A stretch of DNA of 63,222 nt, the filler included, from Chrysochromulina tobinii (lineage: Eukaryota), in the NCBI GenBank assembly GCA_001275005.1. It is 6 parts of 6 records of this genome, joined end to end, with 100 filler letters (N's around TTAATTAATTAA, not from the genome) between each part and the next. Parts side by side here need not be neighbours in the genome. Positions count along the whole stretch, not along the records: positions 1 to 12,625 come from JWZX01000569.1; positions 12,726 to 21,792 come from JWZX01000571.1; 4 more parts are not named here. The stretch is one strand, 5' to 3'. Shown here piece by piece: positions 10,605-20,149 of the stretch. Within the stretch, counting starts at the first letter, position 1. The number at the start of each line of letters is the position of its first letter. A model generated the notes under the pieces. That model did not search any database and was not told the DNA's origin. It worked only from the letters and a program-made list of their open reading frames with translations. Made by a program: the position numbers and the translations under genes.

Positions 10605-11252
10605 ATGCGTGACGATGAGTTCCTGGCGCTTCAGGCGGCCAAGAAGGCGGCCAAGCTGGCCAAGAAGAAGGCAAACGCGTCCGTGAGCGGGGATGCCGCG
10701 CCAGCTGCAGCGGCTGAGCCCGCCGCATCATCCGAGCCTGCTACGGACACGCCTGAGAAGAAGCGCAAGAAGCCGGAAGCCGCAGCCAGCTCGTCCTGGG
10801 ATGGCGCTGCAGACGAGTCGCTCTACCCGCCGAAGCAAGACGAGCAGCGCTGGTGCACCGACTGCGGCGGCGAGTTCACCTTCACCGTCGGCGAGCAGAA
10901 CTGGTGGGCTGAGAAGGGCTACACCGGCGGCAGGACGCGATGTGCCGAGTGCACCGCGGCAAAGAAGCAGCGCTGCGGCGACAAGTATGTGGGACGCGGC
11001 GCAGCGGCCGCCGAGCGCGCCGCGAAGACGCAATGTTACACCTGCGGCAAGTTTGGTCACAAGACCAGCGAGTGCCCCGACTCGAGCTGCTACAACTGCG
11101 GTAAGCAGGGCCACCGCTCAAAGGATTGCAACGAGCCGCGGCTCAACCAGGCTGGCGGCGGCGTATGCATGAAATTTCAGACTGGAGCATGCACGCGTGG
11201 CGATGCCTGCCGCTTCGCGCATGTCCTCGACCCGTCCGCCGTGCGAGCCTGA
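10605..11252 (+). CDS. Multi-zinc-finger nucleic-acid-binding protein (zinc ribbon, two CCHC knuckles, CCCH finger)
   Basis: CTDCGGEFTFTVGEQ...RCAEC; CYTCGKFGHKTSEC; CYNCGKQGHRSKDC; CMKFQTGACTRGDACRFAH. Confidence 0.85.
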   Translation: MRDDEFLALQAAKKAAKLAKKKANASVSGDAAPAAAAEPAASSEPATDTPEKKRKKPEAAASSSWDGAADESLYPPKQDEQRWCTDCGGEFTFTVGEQNWWAEKGYTGGRTRCAECTAAKKQRCGDKYVGRGAAAAERAAKTQCYTCGKFGHKTSECPDSSCYNCGKQGHRSKDCNEPRLNQAGGGVCMKFQTGACTRGDACRFAHVLDPSAVRA

Positions 11253-12174
11253 GAAGCCAGAGGTGTGCGCCACTCTCGCGGCGGCCCTGCACGACCCGAA
11301 TGTATGCACGACCCGAATGCCAGCCCTGCCCTCGGCTGTCCTTGGCTGCCCTGGCCATAGTCGCGCTGGCTGGCTGGCTGCGGGCCGCCCGGGGGCCGTC
11401 GAAGATGACAGCATACCCAAGATTGTGATAGGTCGTTAACTCAGCACCCCGTGCAGACGCCACTTCGGTGGCCCCCGCTGACTGAGACCTCTCTCCTTCG
11501 GGCCGGCCCGCTCCAATAACTGACTCAACTGACTCAACTGACTCAACTGACTCAACGGCTCCAGCGAGCCGCCGCGGCCGCACGGCTGCCTCGGCGCGCA
11601 CGCACGCACGCCGCCGTCCCATGCGCTCCCGCACGTGCTTCTATACAGTTGGTCTGCGCAATGGACGTCCTGTCCTCTCTTTGCGTGGGCCCGTTCCCTG
11701 AAGCCACACGCACGTCGTCCCCTCGCTAACCAAGCAAGCTCGAATGCACCCTGCCTGCTCGGTCAGTAGGGCACTCACAGCCTGCCGATCGCCTCCACCT
11801 TGCAGGTGTCAGAAGCAGCCTGGGAGAGACCTTAAAGACGTCAGACGAGCCTTTGTTTGGTTGCGAGTAGAGACAAGCGCATGGTAGCATGGGCTCTCAA
11901 GGGGCGCAACCGTCTCAGACCTCGACTCAGACCGCGGCTAACGCGGTCGAGGCGCCGGCCCTACGACGAATCATAGTCAGAAACATACAGATAAATACAG
12001 ATCTGCAAACCTAAAACGTGTGTCGTCTGTCTTCACAGCCATTGCGCATTGGTTTCGAACCCAGATTAACTTTTCACACCAACCTCAGACTGTTCACAGG
12101 AAGGGCCTCATAGACCTTCCTTTTCGACCTGGCCTCCCCTGTGCGGCTCTTCCAGTCCGCTCGTCAACGCACGC

Positions 12175-12625
12175 ATGAGTAAACCACCTCCAACATCTGC
12201 TGCGAAGAAGCAGTCGACGCTCGCCGCGCGAACACCATCGCCGTCGCCGCAGGCAGCAGCGGACGCCTCCGGATCATTACCGGAGGCGCCCTCCTCGGGC
12301 TCTTCCAGTATGAGTAAACCACCTCACTCATCCGCTGCGAAGAAGCAGTCGACGCCTGCCGCGCGTGCACCATCGCCGTCGCCGCAGGCAGCAGCGGACG
12401 CCTCCGGATCATTACCGGAGGCGCCTTCCTCGGGCTCTTCCAGTATGAGTAAACCACCTCACTCATCCGCTGCGAAGAAGCAGTCGACGCTCGCCGCGCG
12501 AACACCATCGCCGTCGCCGCAGGCAGCAGCGGACGCCTCCGGATCATTACCGGAGGCGCCCTCCTCGGGCTCTTCCAGTATGAGTAAACCACCTCACTCA
12601 TCCGCTGCGAAGAAGCAGTCGACGC
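12175..12625 (+). repeat. 135-bp tandem repeat (~3.3 copies, cut by the contig end), open as a 45-aa S/P/A-rich repeat
   Basis: Unit starts ATGAGTAAACCACC at 12175, 12310, 12445 and 12580; copies are near-identical. Confidence 0.9.
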
Positions 12626-12725
12626 NNNNNNNNNNNNNNNNNNNNNNNNNNNNNNNNNNNNNNNNNNNNTTAATTAATTAANNNNNNNNNNNNNNNNNNN
12701 NNNNNNNNNNNNNNNNNNNNNNNNN
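12626..12725. other. Artificial contig linker (N44-TTAATTAATTAA-N44)
   Basis: The same 100-nt spacer, with stops in all six frames, also occurs at 21793-21892, 40893-40992, 50558-50657 and 57600-57699. Confidence 0.97.
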
Positions 12726-14428
12726 CGCCGCCCCCTCCGTCTTCGCCGCCGCCCTCGCCCTCGCCGCCGCCGCCCTCGCCCTCGCCGCCGCCGCCCTCGC
12801 CGTCGCCTCCGCCACCCCCGAGCCCTCCGCCACCGCGGTATCCGCCGCGGGTTCCCGCAACCTTGCCGCAACGGCCACCGCCGCCCCCGTCTTCGCCGCC
12901 GCCCTCGCCCTCGCCGCCGCCGCCCTCGCCTTCGCCACCTTCTGGAACCAACGGAACCACTGCGCCTTCGCTGCCGCCGCCGTCTTCGCCGCCGCCCTCG
13001 CCTTCGCAACTTTCAGGAACCAACGGAACTTCAGGCACCAACGGAACTTCAGGCACAAACGTGACTCAAGGCTCTTCGGGACCTTCAGGCACCAACGGAA
13101 CTTCAGGCACCAACGTGACTCAAGGCTCTTCGGGAACTTCAGGCACCAACGGAACTTCAGGCACCAACGGAACTTCAGGCACCAACAGAACTTCATTAAC
13201 TCCACCAAGTGCTCCAAGCATCCAAGTCGGCCGCCGTCGTCTTCAGCAAACGTGGCAAGGGCCTACCACAGCAACAACACTGGATCCACTCGATGGTTCC
13301 AATTGCGCTGGGGCTGGGAACTCAACCAATCGGGTCACTCTCACCCTTTATTTCAACACTCCATTGCAAGTCGGACTCTTGCTTCCCTACATCGAAGAAG
13401 TTGTGCTGGCGCTCCCAGATTTCGACCCGAGCAGCCCGATGCGCGCTTGCAGCAACTTATCTTGGCAAGTGCCCGATGTCTCCCTCATCGGCAGCACCTC
13501 GAACTTCAACCTTAGCGGCGGAGAAGGCGGCTCCGAGGCCATCACAATTACTGTGGCCGTCAGCGTGATCGTCCTCTTGGGCTTCTGCTGCTGCTGGTTC
13601 TGGTGCACCTTCAGGGCGGGAAAGCCCTGCTGCTGCTGGTCCTGTGGCTGCTGCTGGTGCTCGTGCACCTTCAGGGCGGGGTTGCCCTCTAATGACCGCC
13701 CCAAGAAGAATACGGCCTTTGTCTTTGCGAAGCCGCATGCTAACACGCCGGCCGTGCTGGAGGTGATCCGGACCAAGTTCGCAGAGCAGGGCATCAAGGT
13801 GCTCAAGGAGGGCGTCGTGACGGGCGAGGAGATGAAGAGCAAGGGCGTACACGACCAGCACTACTATGTCGTCGAGTTCGACCCGGCGACACTCTCGTGG
13901 GCCGACTTCCGCGGCAAGGTTCTTGGGCCGACCAATCCGGCCGACGCGCCGCCAGACTCGCTGCGCGGCATCGTCGCCGCCAACTGGCAGAAGCTCGGGC
14001 TTCAGGCCCCGTGCGATGACAGCGACAACGCGGTGCACGCGTCTGCGTCGCCTTTCGAAAGCCTCGCTGAGCGTACCAATTGGCTCGCTTGCTGCGTGTC
14101 CGACGACCCGTTTGGCAGCGCCCTGCTCGCCAAGGGGGTCCCCGAAGCGACGATCAAGAAGTGGTTCAACGACCCGCATGTGAAGTATGATGACGAGACG
14201 GCAAAGGAGAAGGGCAAGGCCAAGGGCTCGATCTTCGACGCGTTGAAGGATCTGGACCACAAACAGTGCCTCGACAGGTGTGTGGCCATCAACAAGGCAA
14301 GTGCAATGACTGCAAAAGGGGATCAGGTTGAAGATAAGGTTGAAGAGGCAACCCCGTCGCCGCCCCAAGAGATAGAGTTGACGAACCCACATACGGGTGC
14401 CGAGGCCAAGACGATCGTGTACTTGTAA
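12726..14428 (+). CDS. 5'-truncated membrane protein: Pro/Ser-rich and GTNGTS-repeat ectodomain, TM helix, Cys-rich juxtamembrane, nucleoside-diphosphate-kinase-like domain
   Basis: SPPPPS and SGTNGT repeats, RRRLQ motif, TM ITVAVSVIVLLGFCCCWFW, then NTAFVFAKPHA, FRGKVLGPTNPADAPPDSLRG and DNAVHASAS (NDK-type catalytic His). Confidence 0.75.
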
Positions 14429-14954
14429 TAGCTATGCAAAGATACTATCCATTGCATGCCCGTCTTAGGGCGCGGTAACGGTCGGATGCAACTCAGTCGA
14501 CTCAAGGGGGCAACCGGCGAGTCGGGACGGTCTCGCGGATCCCTAAACGCCTAGTAGAGGTTGCATGATGATGTTTCTTTCCGAATGTGGTGGTACCGTT
14601 TCACAGGAGAGCAACGAGCATGGTCTACAAACGGGAGAGGCTCGGCTGTGGCTGTGAGGGCCCTGTGACAAGCATGATTGTGGTCTACAGACGGGAGAGG
14701 CTCGCGGGCTGTGGTCCTGTGAAACGACGTGTCTCCCGTGAGGTGCGCCAGAGGCAGTGCAGTATAGCGTATAGAATGAATAACCGCGGTACGACGTCCG
14801 CAGCGCTCGAGTTCCGGAACGGGCTCCACAGATTGGATTAAGATGGATTGGGTACGAATCTTGAACCGGACCCCACTGCCCACCTCGATGCCCACCTTGC
14901 GTTGCGCGCCCCGCCCATGGCCCCGCCGCAAGCCGAGCGCGCAAGGGCCGCCCG

Positions 14955-16004
14955 TCATCGGAAGCCGCGGTGCAGGCACTCATCCTGGTCCCGATGCACC
15001 GGCACATAGTTCTTGATCAGCTTGCCGGCGTGCGCCCCCCCAAAGCGCTCCATGGCCGCAATCGCTTCCTCGACGAGCGCCTCCACGTTGAGACGGCGCC
15101 ACTGAGCCATCTCGATTTCGTCAGAAAGGGAAGGCTGGCCTTTGAGGAGGAATGCGTTCATCGTTGGGAGGAGCAGCTTGTAGTGTGGGCGCAGCGCGAG
15201 GCCGACGCGCTCGTCCGCATGCAGCAGCAGCAGCAGCAGCCGCAGCGCCATGCACACCACTGTGCGCTCGCGCAGGTCGAGCGCCGCCTTGAGGGCCGGC
15301 ACAATCGAGGGCACGAGGGATGGGAGCAACCCCGCCTTTGCCGCCACTCCTACGAGCTCGATCGCGCCGCGGAGGGCGACGTACGCTCCGCCAGCGCTCT
15401 CCGCATCGCGCAGCCCCTCGATGAGCACGGGCAGCCACCGGCGCGCATCCACCTTGTCGCGCACCACCTCGGCTCCAGTCAGAGGGTCGTGCCAGCGCAG
15501 CTCTCCGTTGACATCGGCTCCGAGGCGCACCGGCAGCGATCCGTCTTGCCAGCACGCGCGGAAGTCGGCGGGAGGGTCATTGCGCGGCAGGAGCGCGCCC
15601 GCCAGCGGCGGCGATATGCGCTCGGTCGTGGGCGTTCGCGTCGAGTACGCTGGCTGGCCGCTGCCTGCGACACATCGGCGAGGGTGCTCGTCAAAGCCCT
15701 TGAGCTGGAAGGCAGCGGCGCCGCGGTTGTAGGTTGTTTCGGGCGGTGCCGGCGGGGCGAGCGACAGATTCTCATCTTTGATCGCGAACGCGGCTCCACC
15801 CATGCCCTCCATGATCACGCGTCGCCTGCCATTATGGCGGTGCCCAGCCAGGCCATGCTTGCCATTGAGGCACGCCAGCCGACCACCGAGGCCACTGACG
15901 CGTACGCGCTGCTCGGATGAGTCCGGCGAGGCGTACATGCGCTTGCGGTGCTGCTCTATCACGGCGTCTCGTGCGCACAGGCGGCCATACTGGTCCAGGT
16001 CCAT
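14955..16004 (-). CDS. PACRG-family (parkin co-regulated / axonemal) protein with an N-terminal extension
   Basis: DFRACWQDGSLPVRL, LPVLIEGLRD, IVPALKAALD, VGLALRPHYKLLLP and ERFGGAHAGKLIKNYVP match PACRG blocks. ATG 16004 was chosen because the upstream part of the ORF is antisense to pelota. Confidence 0.8.
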   Translation of the reverse strand: MDLDQYGRLCARDAVIEQHRKRMYASPDSSEQRVRVSGLGGRLACLNGKHGLAGHRHNGRRRVIMEGMGGAAFAIKDENLSLAPPAPPETTYNRGAAAFQLKGFDEHPRRCVAGSGQPAYSTRTPTTERISPPLAGALLPRNDPPADFRACWQDGSLPVRLGADVNGELRWHDPLTGAEVVRDKVDARRWLPVLIEGLRDAESAGGAYVALRGAIELVGVAAKAGLLPSLVPSIVPALKAALDLRERTVVCMALRLLLLLLHADERVGLALRPHYKLLLPTMNAFLLKGQPSLSDEIEMAQWRRLNVEALVEEAIAAMERFGGAHAGKLIKNYVPVHRDQDECLHRGFR

Positions 16005-16199
16005 TTCGCGACGTTGGGGACTACAGCCGGCCAGATCCCGGCGGTGTGAAATCACCCCGCATTTTGTAGCACAAGTTTTAAGTTCACACACACATGTGCA
16101 TAATAAAGAAGTGGGCTCAGGCACGGCGGCGCCGCGCGCCGCGCGCCGCGCGGGTTTTCTTGTGAACGATTCCACGTGTTTACATTCACGGAGGCAGCC

Positions 16200-18421
16200 A
16201 TGAAGTGGGTCAGCAAAGCGCCCTTGCCGACGGTTGGCGAGCCGGGCGAGGTGCGGCTGGTGCCCGAGACGGCCGAGGACCTGTGGCACACGTACAATAT
16301 GCTCGCCATCGGCGATGCCCTCTCCGCGAACACGATCCGCAAGGTGGCCAAGGAGTCGTCCACCGGCTCGGTCGAGAGCCACCGCGTGCACGTGACGCTC
16401 GCCGTGAAGCTGAAGAGCATCGACTTCGACCCCGAGGGTGGCGAGCTGCGCCTCGGAGGTAGCGTGCTCAGCGAGGTGGAGGGCGTACGCCTCGGCTCGC
16501 ACCACACGCTCTCGCTCGAGTGCCATCGGCCCTTCTCGCTGCACAAGGAAGAGTGGGACATGGTCGCCATCGACCGGCTGCGCGAGGCGACCTCGGGCGA
16601 GTGGAGCGGCGCCGACCTTGCGGCCATCCTCATCAAGGAGGGTGCCACGGGCGGCCTCGCCAACGTGTGCCTCATCTCAAACGGCATGTCGATCGTGCGC
16701 GCGAAGCTCGAGACTCCTCCTTTGCCGAAGCAGGGCGACCCGCGCGTGGTGCTCGGAGCGAAAAAGGCGCGCGAGCACTGGTTCAAGCAGGTGCTCGACG
16801 CGGTGGTGCGCCACGTCGACTTCGGCACTGTCAAGTGCCTCGTGCTCGCAGGGCCAGGCTTCACCAAAGACGCCTTTTACGAGTATGCTGATTGTCGCTG
16901 ATTGCCATGAGGGCCGCGGGTGACGAGTGCGCGCGCGTGCCTCTTTCAGGTACGCGATGGTTGAAGCTCAGCGGCGCGAGATGCGCGAGCTGCTCGCCTC
17001 CCAGACCAAATGGGTCCTCGTGCATGCAACCTCGGCTTACAAGTACACGCAGCCACACTCACGCCCACGGATGGCCCCGGATGGTCGCCTCTGATGACCT
17101 CTGATGACCCTCTGATTGCACTCACGCCCACGGATGGCCCCGGATGGTCGCCTCTGATGACACTCTGATGACACTCTGATTGCACTCACGCCCACGGATG
17201 GCCCCGGATGGTCGCCTCTGATGACACTCTGATGACACTCTGATGACACTCTAATGGCCCCGGATGGTCGCCTCTGATGACACTCTGATGACACTCTGAT
17301 GACACTCTAATGGCCCCGGATGGTCGCCTCTAATGGCCCTCTGATGGCCCTCTGATGGCCCTCTAATGGCCCTCTGATGACACTCTGATGGCCCTCTAAT
17401 GGCCCTCTGATGACACTCTGATGGCCCTCTAATGGCCCTCTGATGACACTCTGATGGCCCTCTAATGGCCCTCTGATGACACTCTGATGACACTCTGATG
17501 GCCCTCTGATGACCATTTGATTGCAGATGATTAGCACTGATGGTCCCTGATGGCCCATAATGGTCCCTGATGGCCACTGATGGTCACTGATGGCCACTGA
17601 TGGTCACTTGATGACCACTGATGACCACTGATGACCACTGATGGCCACTGATGGCCACTGATGGCCACTGATTGCTGCGGATGGCGCCTGATGACGATCG
17701 AGCGCCTCCCGCATCCACTGATGACCTCTGATGACCACTGATGACCACTGATGGCGATCGAGCGCCTCCCGCATCAGGCACGCGCTCAAAGAGATCTTCG
17801 CCGACCCGAGCGTCGCTACACGCGTGAGTGACACGCGGGCGATGGCGGAGGTGCTCGTGCTCCGACAGTTCTTCGAGATCTGATGAGCTCTGATTGCCTC
17901 TGATGACCTCTGATTGCATCCCTCATCAGGTGCTCGTGCTCCGACAGTTCTTCGAGGCGATGGCCGACAAGCCTGACCGCGTCACGTATGGCCTGCGCCA
18001 CGTGCGCTACGCCACCGAGCAGGTCGATGGCCCTCCCCCCCCCTCCCCCACCCTCCCCCACCCTCCCCCACCCTCCCCTGTCAACCGCTCAAAGACTCAC
18101 TGCGCCACGTGCGCTACGCCGCCCGCCGAGCAGGGCGCCATCGACCGTCTGCTGCTCGCCGACACCCTCTTCCGCGCGCAGCACGTACAGCGGCGTGCAC
18201 AGTACGTGGCCCTCGTCGAGGCCGCGAAGGCGGCTGGCGCGGCAGTCCACATCTTCTCCGATCTGCATGCATCTGGCGAGCAGCTCGCCGGGCTCGGGGG
18301 CGTCGCGGCGCTCCTTCGGTACCCAATGCCGCAGCTCGACGAGCTCATGCAGGAAGAGAATGAGGGTGACGTTGGGGAGGGGGAGGATGGGAGCACTGGC
18401 GGGGGGCACACGACGACATGA
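16200..18421 (+). CDS. PELO: Pelota/Dom34 ribosome-rescue factor; exons 16200-16882, 16950-17042, 17778-17850, 17930-18022, 18134-18421
   Basis: GEVRLVPETAEDLWHTYN, TIRKV, LAGPGFTK, VHATSAYKHALKE, DRVTYG, LLLADTLFR and HASGEQLAGLGGVAALLRYP. Four GT-AG introns restore a continuous frame. Confidence 0.93.
17043..17777 (+). repeat. 735-nt pelota intron made of hierarchical 10/11-bp tandem repeats (CTGATGACAC/CTGATGGCCC/CTGATGACCA types) within larger repeated units
   Basis: Direct reading; GT at 17043, CAG ending at 17777. Confidence 0.88.
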
Positions 18422-18533
18422 GGGATGAAGTTAGCAAATCAAGTCATACGCATTTTCACAGGGCCTTCCTTGTCAGCATTCGGCATCGTAGGGACGTCTG
18501 TGGAGATCTCTGTGGACTCGGCGAGCGGCTCGC

Positions 18534-19724
18534 ATGTGGGGCAAGAACAGCGCCAACGTCACGGACTCGTCGGCGGTCTCGGTGCACGGCACCAACCCAC
18601 AGAACCTCGTTGAGAAGATCCTGCGCGCCAAGATCTACAACCACGCCTACTGGAAGGAGCACTGCTTCGGCCTCACGGCCGAATCACTGGTCGACAAAGC
18701 GATGGAGGTCGAGGCGATCGGTGGCACGTATGGTGGCATCCGCGAGCCCACATCCTTCATCCAGCTCACCCTCAAGATGCTTCAGATCCAGCCTGAGAAG
18801 GAGATCGTCGTCGAGTTCATCAAAAACGAGGACTACAAGTACGTGCGGGCCCTCGGCGCGTACTACATGCGCCTCACGGGCAAGGCCGTCGAGGTGTACC
18901 AGTACCTCGAGCCGCTGTACAACGACTACCGCAAGCTGCGCCGTCGGCAGGTGGACGGCTCCTACACACTCACGCGCATGGACGAGTTCATAGACGAGCT
19001 GCTGCGCGCGGACTATGTGCTCGACATCGCGTTGCCGCACCTCCCGAAGCGGCTCGCGCTCGAGGCCTCGGGCCAGCTGCGCGGCCCGCGCCGCTCCGCC
19101 CTCGAGGAGGAGCTGGACGAAGAGGAGCGCGCACAGGCCGAGGAGAAGGAAAGGCAGCGGCTGCACGAGCTGCATGAGCTGCAAAGGCCGCCGCCACCGC
19201 CTTTGCGCGACGGGGCGAGCAGCAGCAGCACCACCACTCGCCCGCCGCCGCCGCCGCCGCCGCCGCCTCGCCAAGTTGACGCAGGGCGCGACCGCGAGCG
19301 TGAGCGTGCCCGTGAGGGCGAGCGTGACGAAGGGCGGAACGACGATGAGCGAGATTGGCGAGGTGAGCGAGATCGGCGAGGTGAGCGAGATCGGCGAGGT
19401 GAGCGAGATTGGCGAGATGAGCGAGATTGGCGAGATGAGCGAGATCGGCGTGAGCAGGATCGCGAGCGGCGGGATGGTCAAACTCGCGGGCGCGACGAGC
19501 GAGGGCGCCCAGCTGATGATGACGTGCGCCATCACGACCGGCGCGAGCGCCGTGACGAGCGCGATGCGACGCGACCACCGAGGGACGTTGGCGGACCGCG
19601 CGGTTCGTCACCACGGCGCTCACCACGGCGCCGTGGGCGCTCGTGCACACCCTCTGGCTCGCGCAGCAGCTCCTCGAGCTACTCGAGCTACTCTCGCTCG
19701 CCGTCGCCGCCACCACGCAGATGA
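18534..19724 (+). CDS. PRPF38A: Pre-mRNA splicing factor PRP38 with an RD/RS-rich tail
   Basis: VHGTNPQNLVEKILRAKIY..YWKEHCFGLTAESLVDKA, LTLKMLQIQPEKEIV, KYVRALGAYYMRL, LEPLYNDYRKLR. Confidence 0.93.
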   Translation: MWGKNSANVTDSSAVSVHGTNPQNLVEKILRAKIYNHAYWKEHCFGLTAESLVDKAMEVEAIGGTYGGIREPTSFIQLTLKMLQIQPEKEIVVEFIKNEDYKYVRALGAYYMRLTGKAVEVYQYLEPLYNDYRKLRRRQVDGSYTLTRMDEFIDELLRADYVLDIALPHLPKRLALEASGQLRGPRRSALEEELDEEERAQAEEKERQRLHELHELQRPPPPPLRDGASSSSTTTRPPPPPPPPPRQVDAGRDRERERAREGERDEGRNDDERDWRGERDRRGERDRRGERDWRDERDWRDERDRREQDRERRDGQTRGRDERGRPADDDVRHHDRRERRDERDATRPPRDVGGPRGSSPRRSPRRRGRSCTPSGSRSSSSSYSSYSRSPSPPPRR

Positions 19725-20149
19725 GAGACGACCTCGTGACTGTTCTACCGTTTCTGTCGAAGTCTCGAAGAGTCGACAGTCATGAAGAGTGTCATGTCAT
19801 CGAGGATCGAGCTCGCGCTTTGGGGCACGCGCCGTTACACGCAGCCGCGCCGGGGTACAAGTTGAGTCGCGCCGCACGCGCGCCCGCGGCGCATTAAGGG
19901 GGCAGCGGCCGTCGCGCGCACCTTTTGGGTGTCGTCGGGAACGCCCTTAAAGTAACGAGAAACACCTCGCACAAGTCCTCTAACCCTTCGAACCGGTTTT
20001 AAGATTTAACCGGTTCGGACGGAACTCAATACTCAAAGTCAACTTGACGGCTACTCTTTAAAATCTATTTTCCACTGGAATTGATCTTTGATGAGACGCC
20101 CCTTTTGAAAATGATCGGCCGGTGGGTGCCCCCCGCCCCCCTCTACCCA

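Noticed and set aside
14618..14725. Imperfect ~55-bp direct repeat in intergenic DNA
   Set aside because: Only two degenerate copies and no further supporting structure.
16005..16544. N-terminal 180 aa of the 529-aa ORF, and the similar extension 5141-5662
   Set aside because: These are antisense to a neighbouring gene or promoter-like. Downstream ATGs coincide with the start of plausible coding sequence.
16892..17919. Short ORFs such as SSECHQ/AIRGP and HQWSSV repeats (also 8170-8528 and 39168-39757)
   Set aside because: They are translations of intronic tandem repeats, mostly antisense to the real gene.
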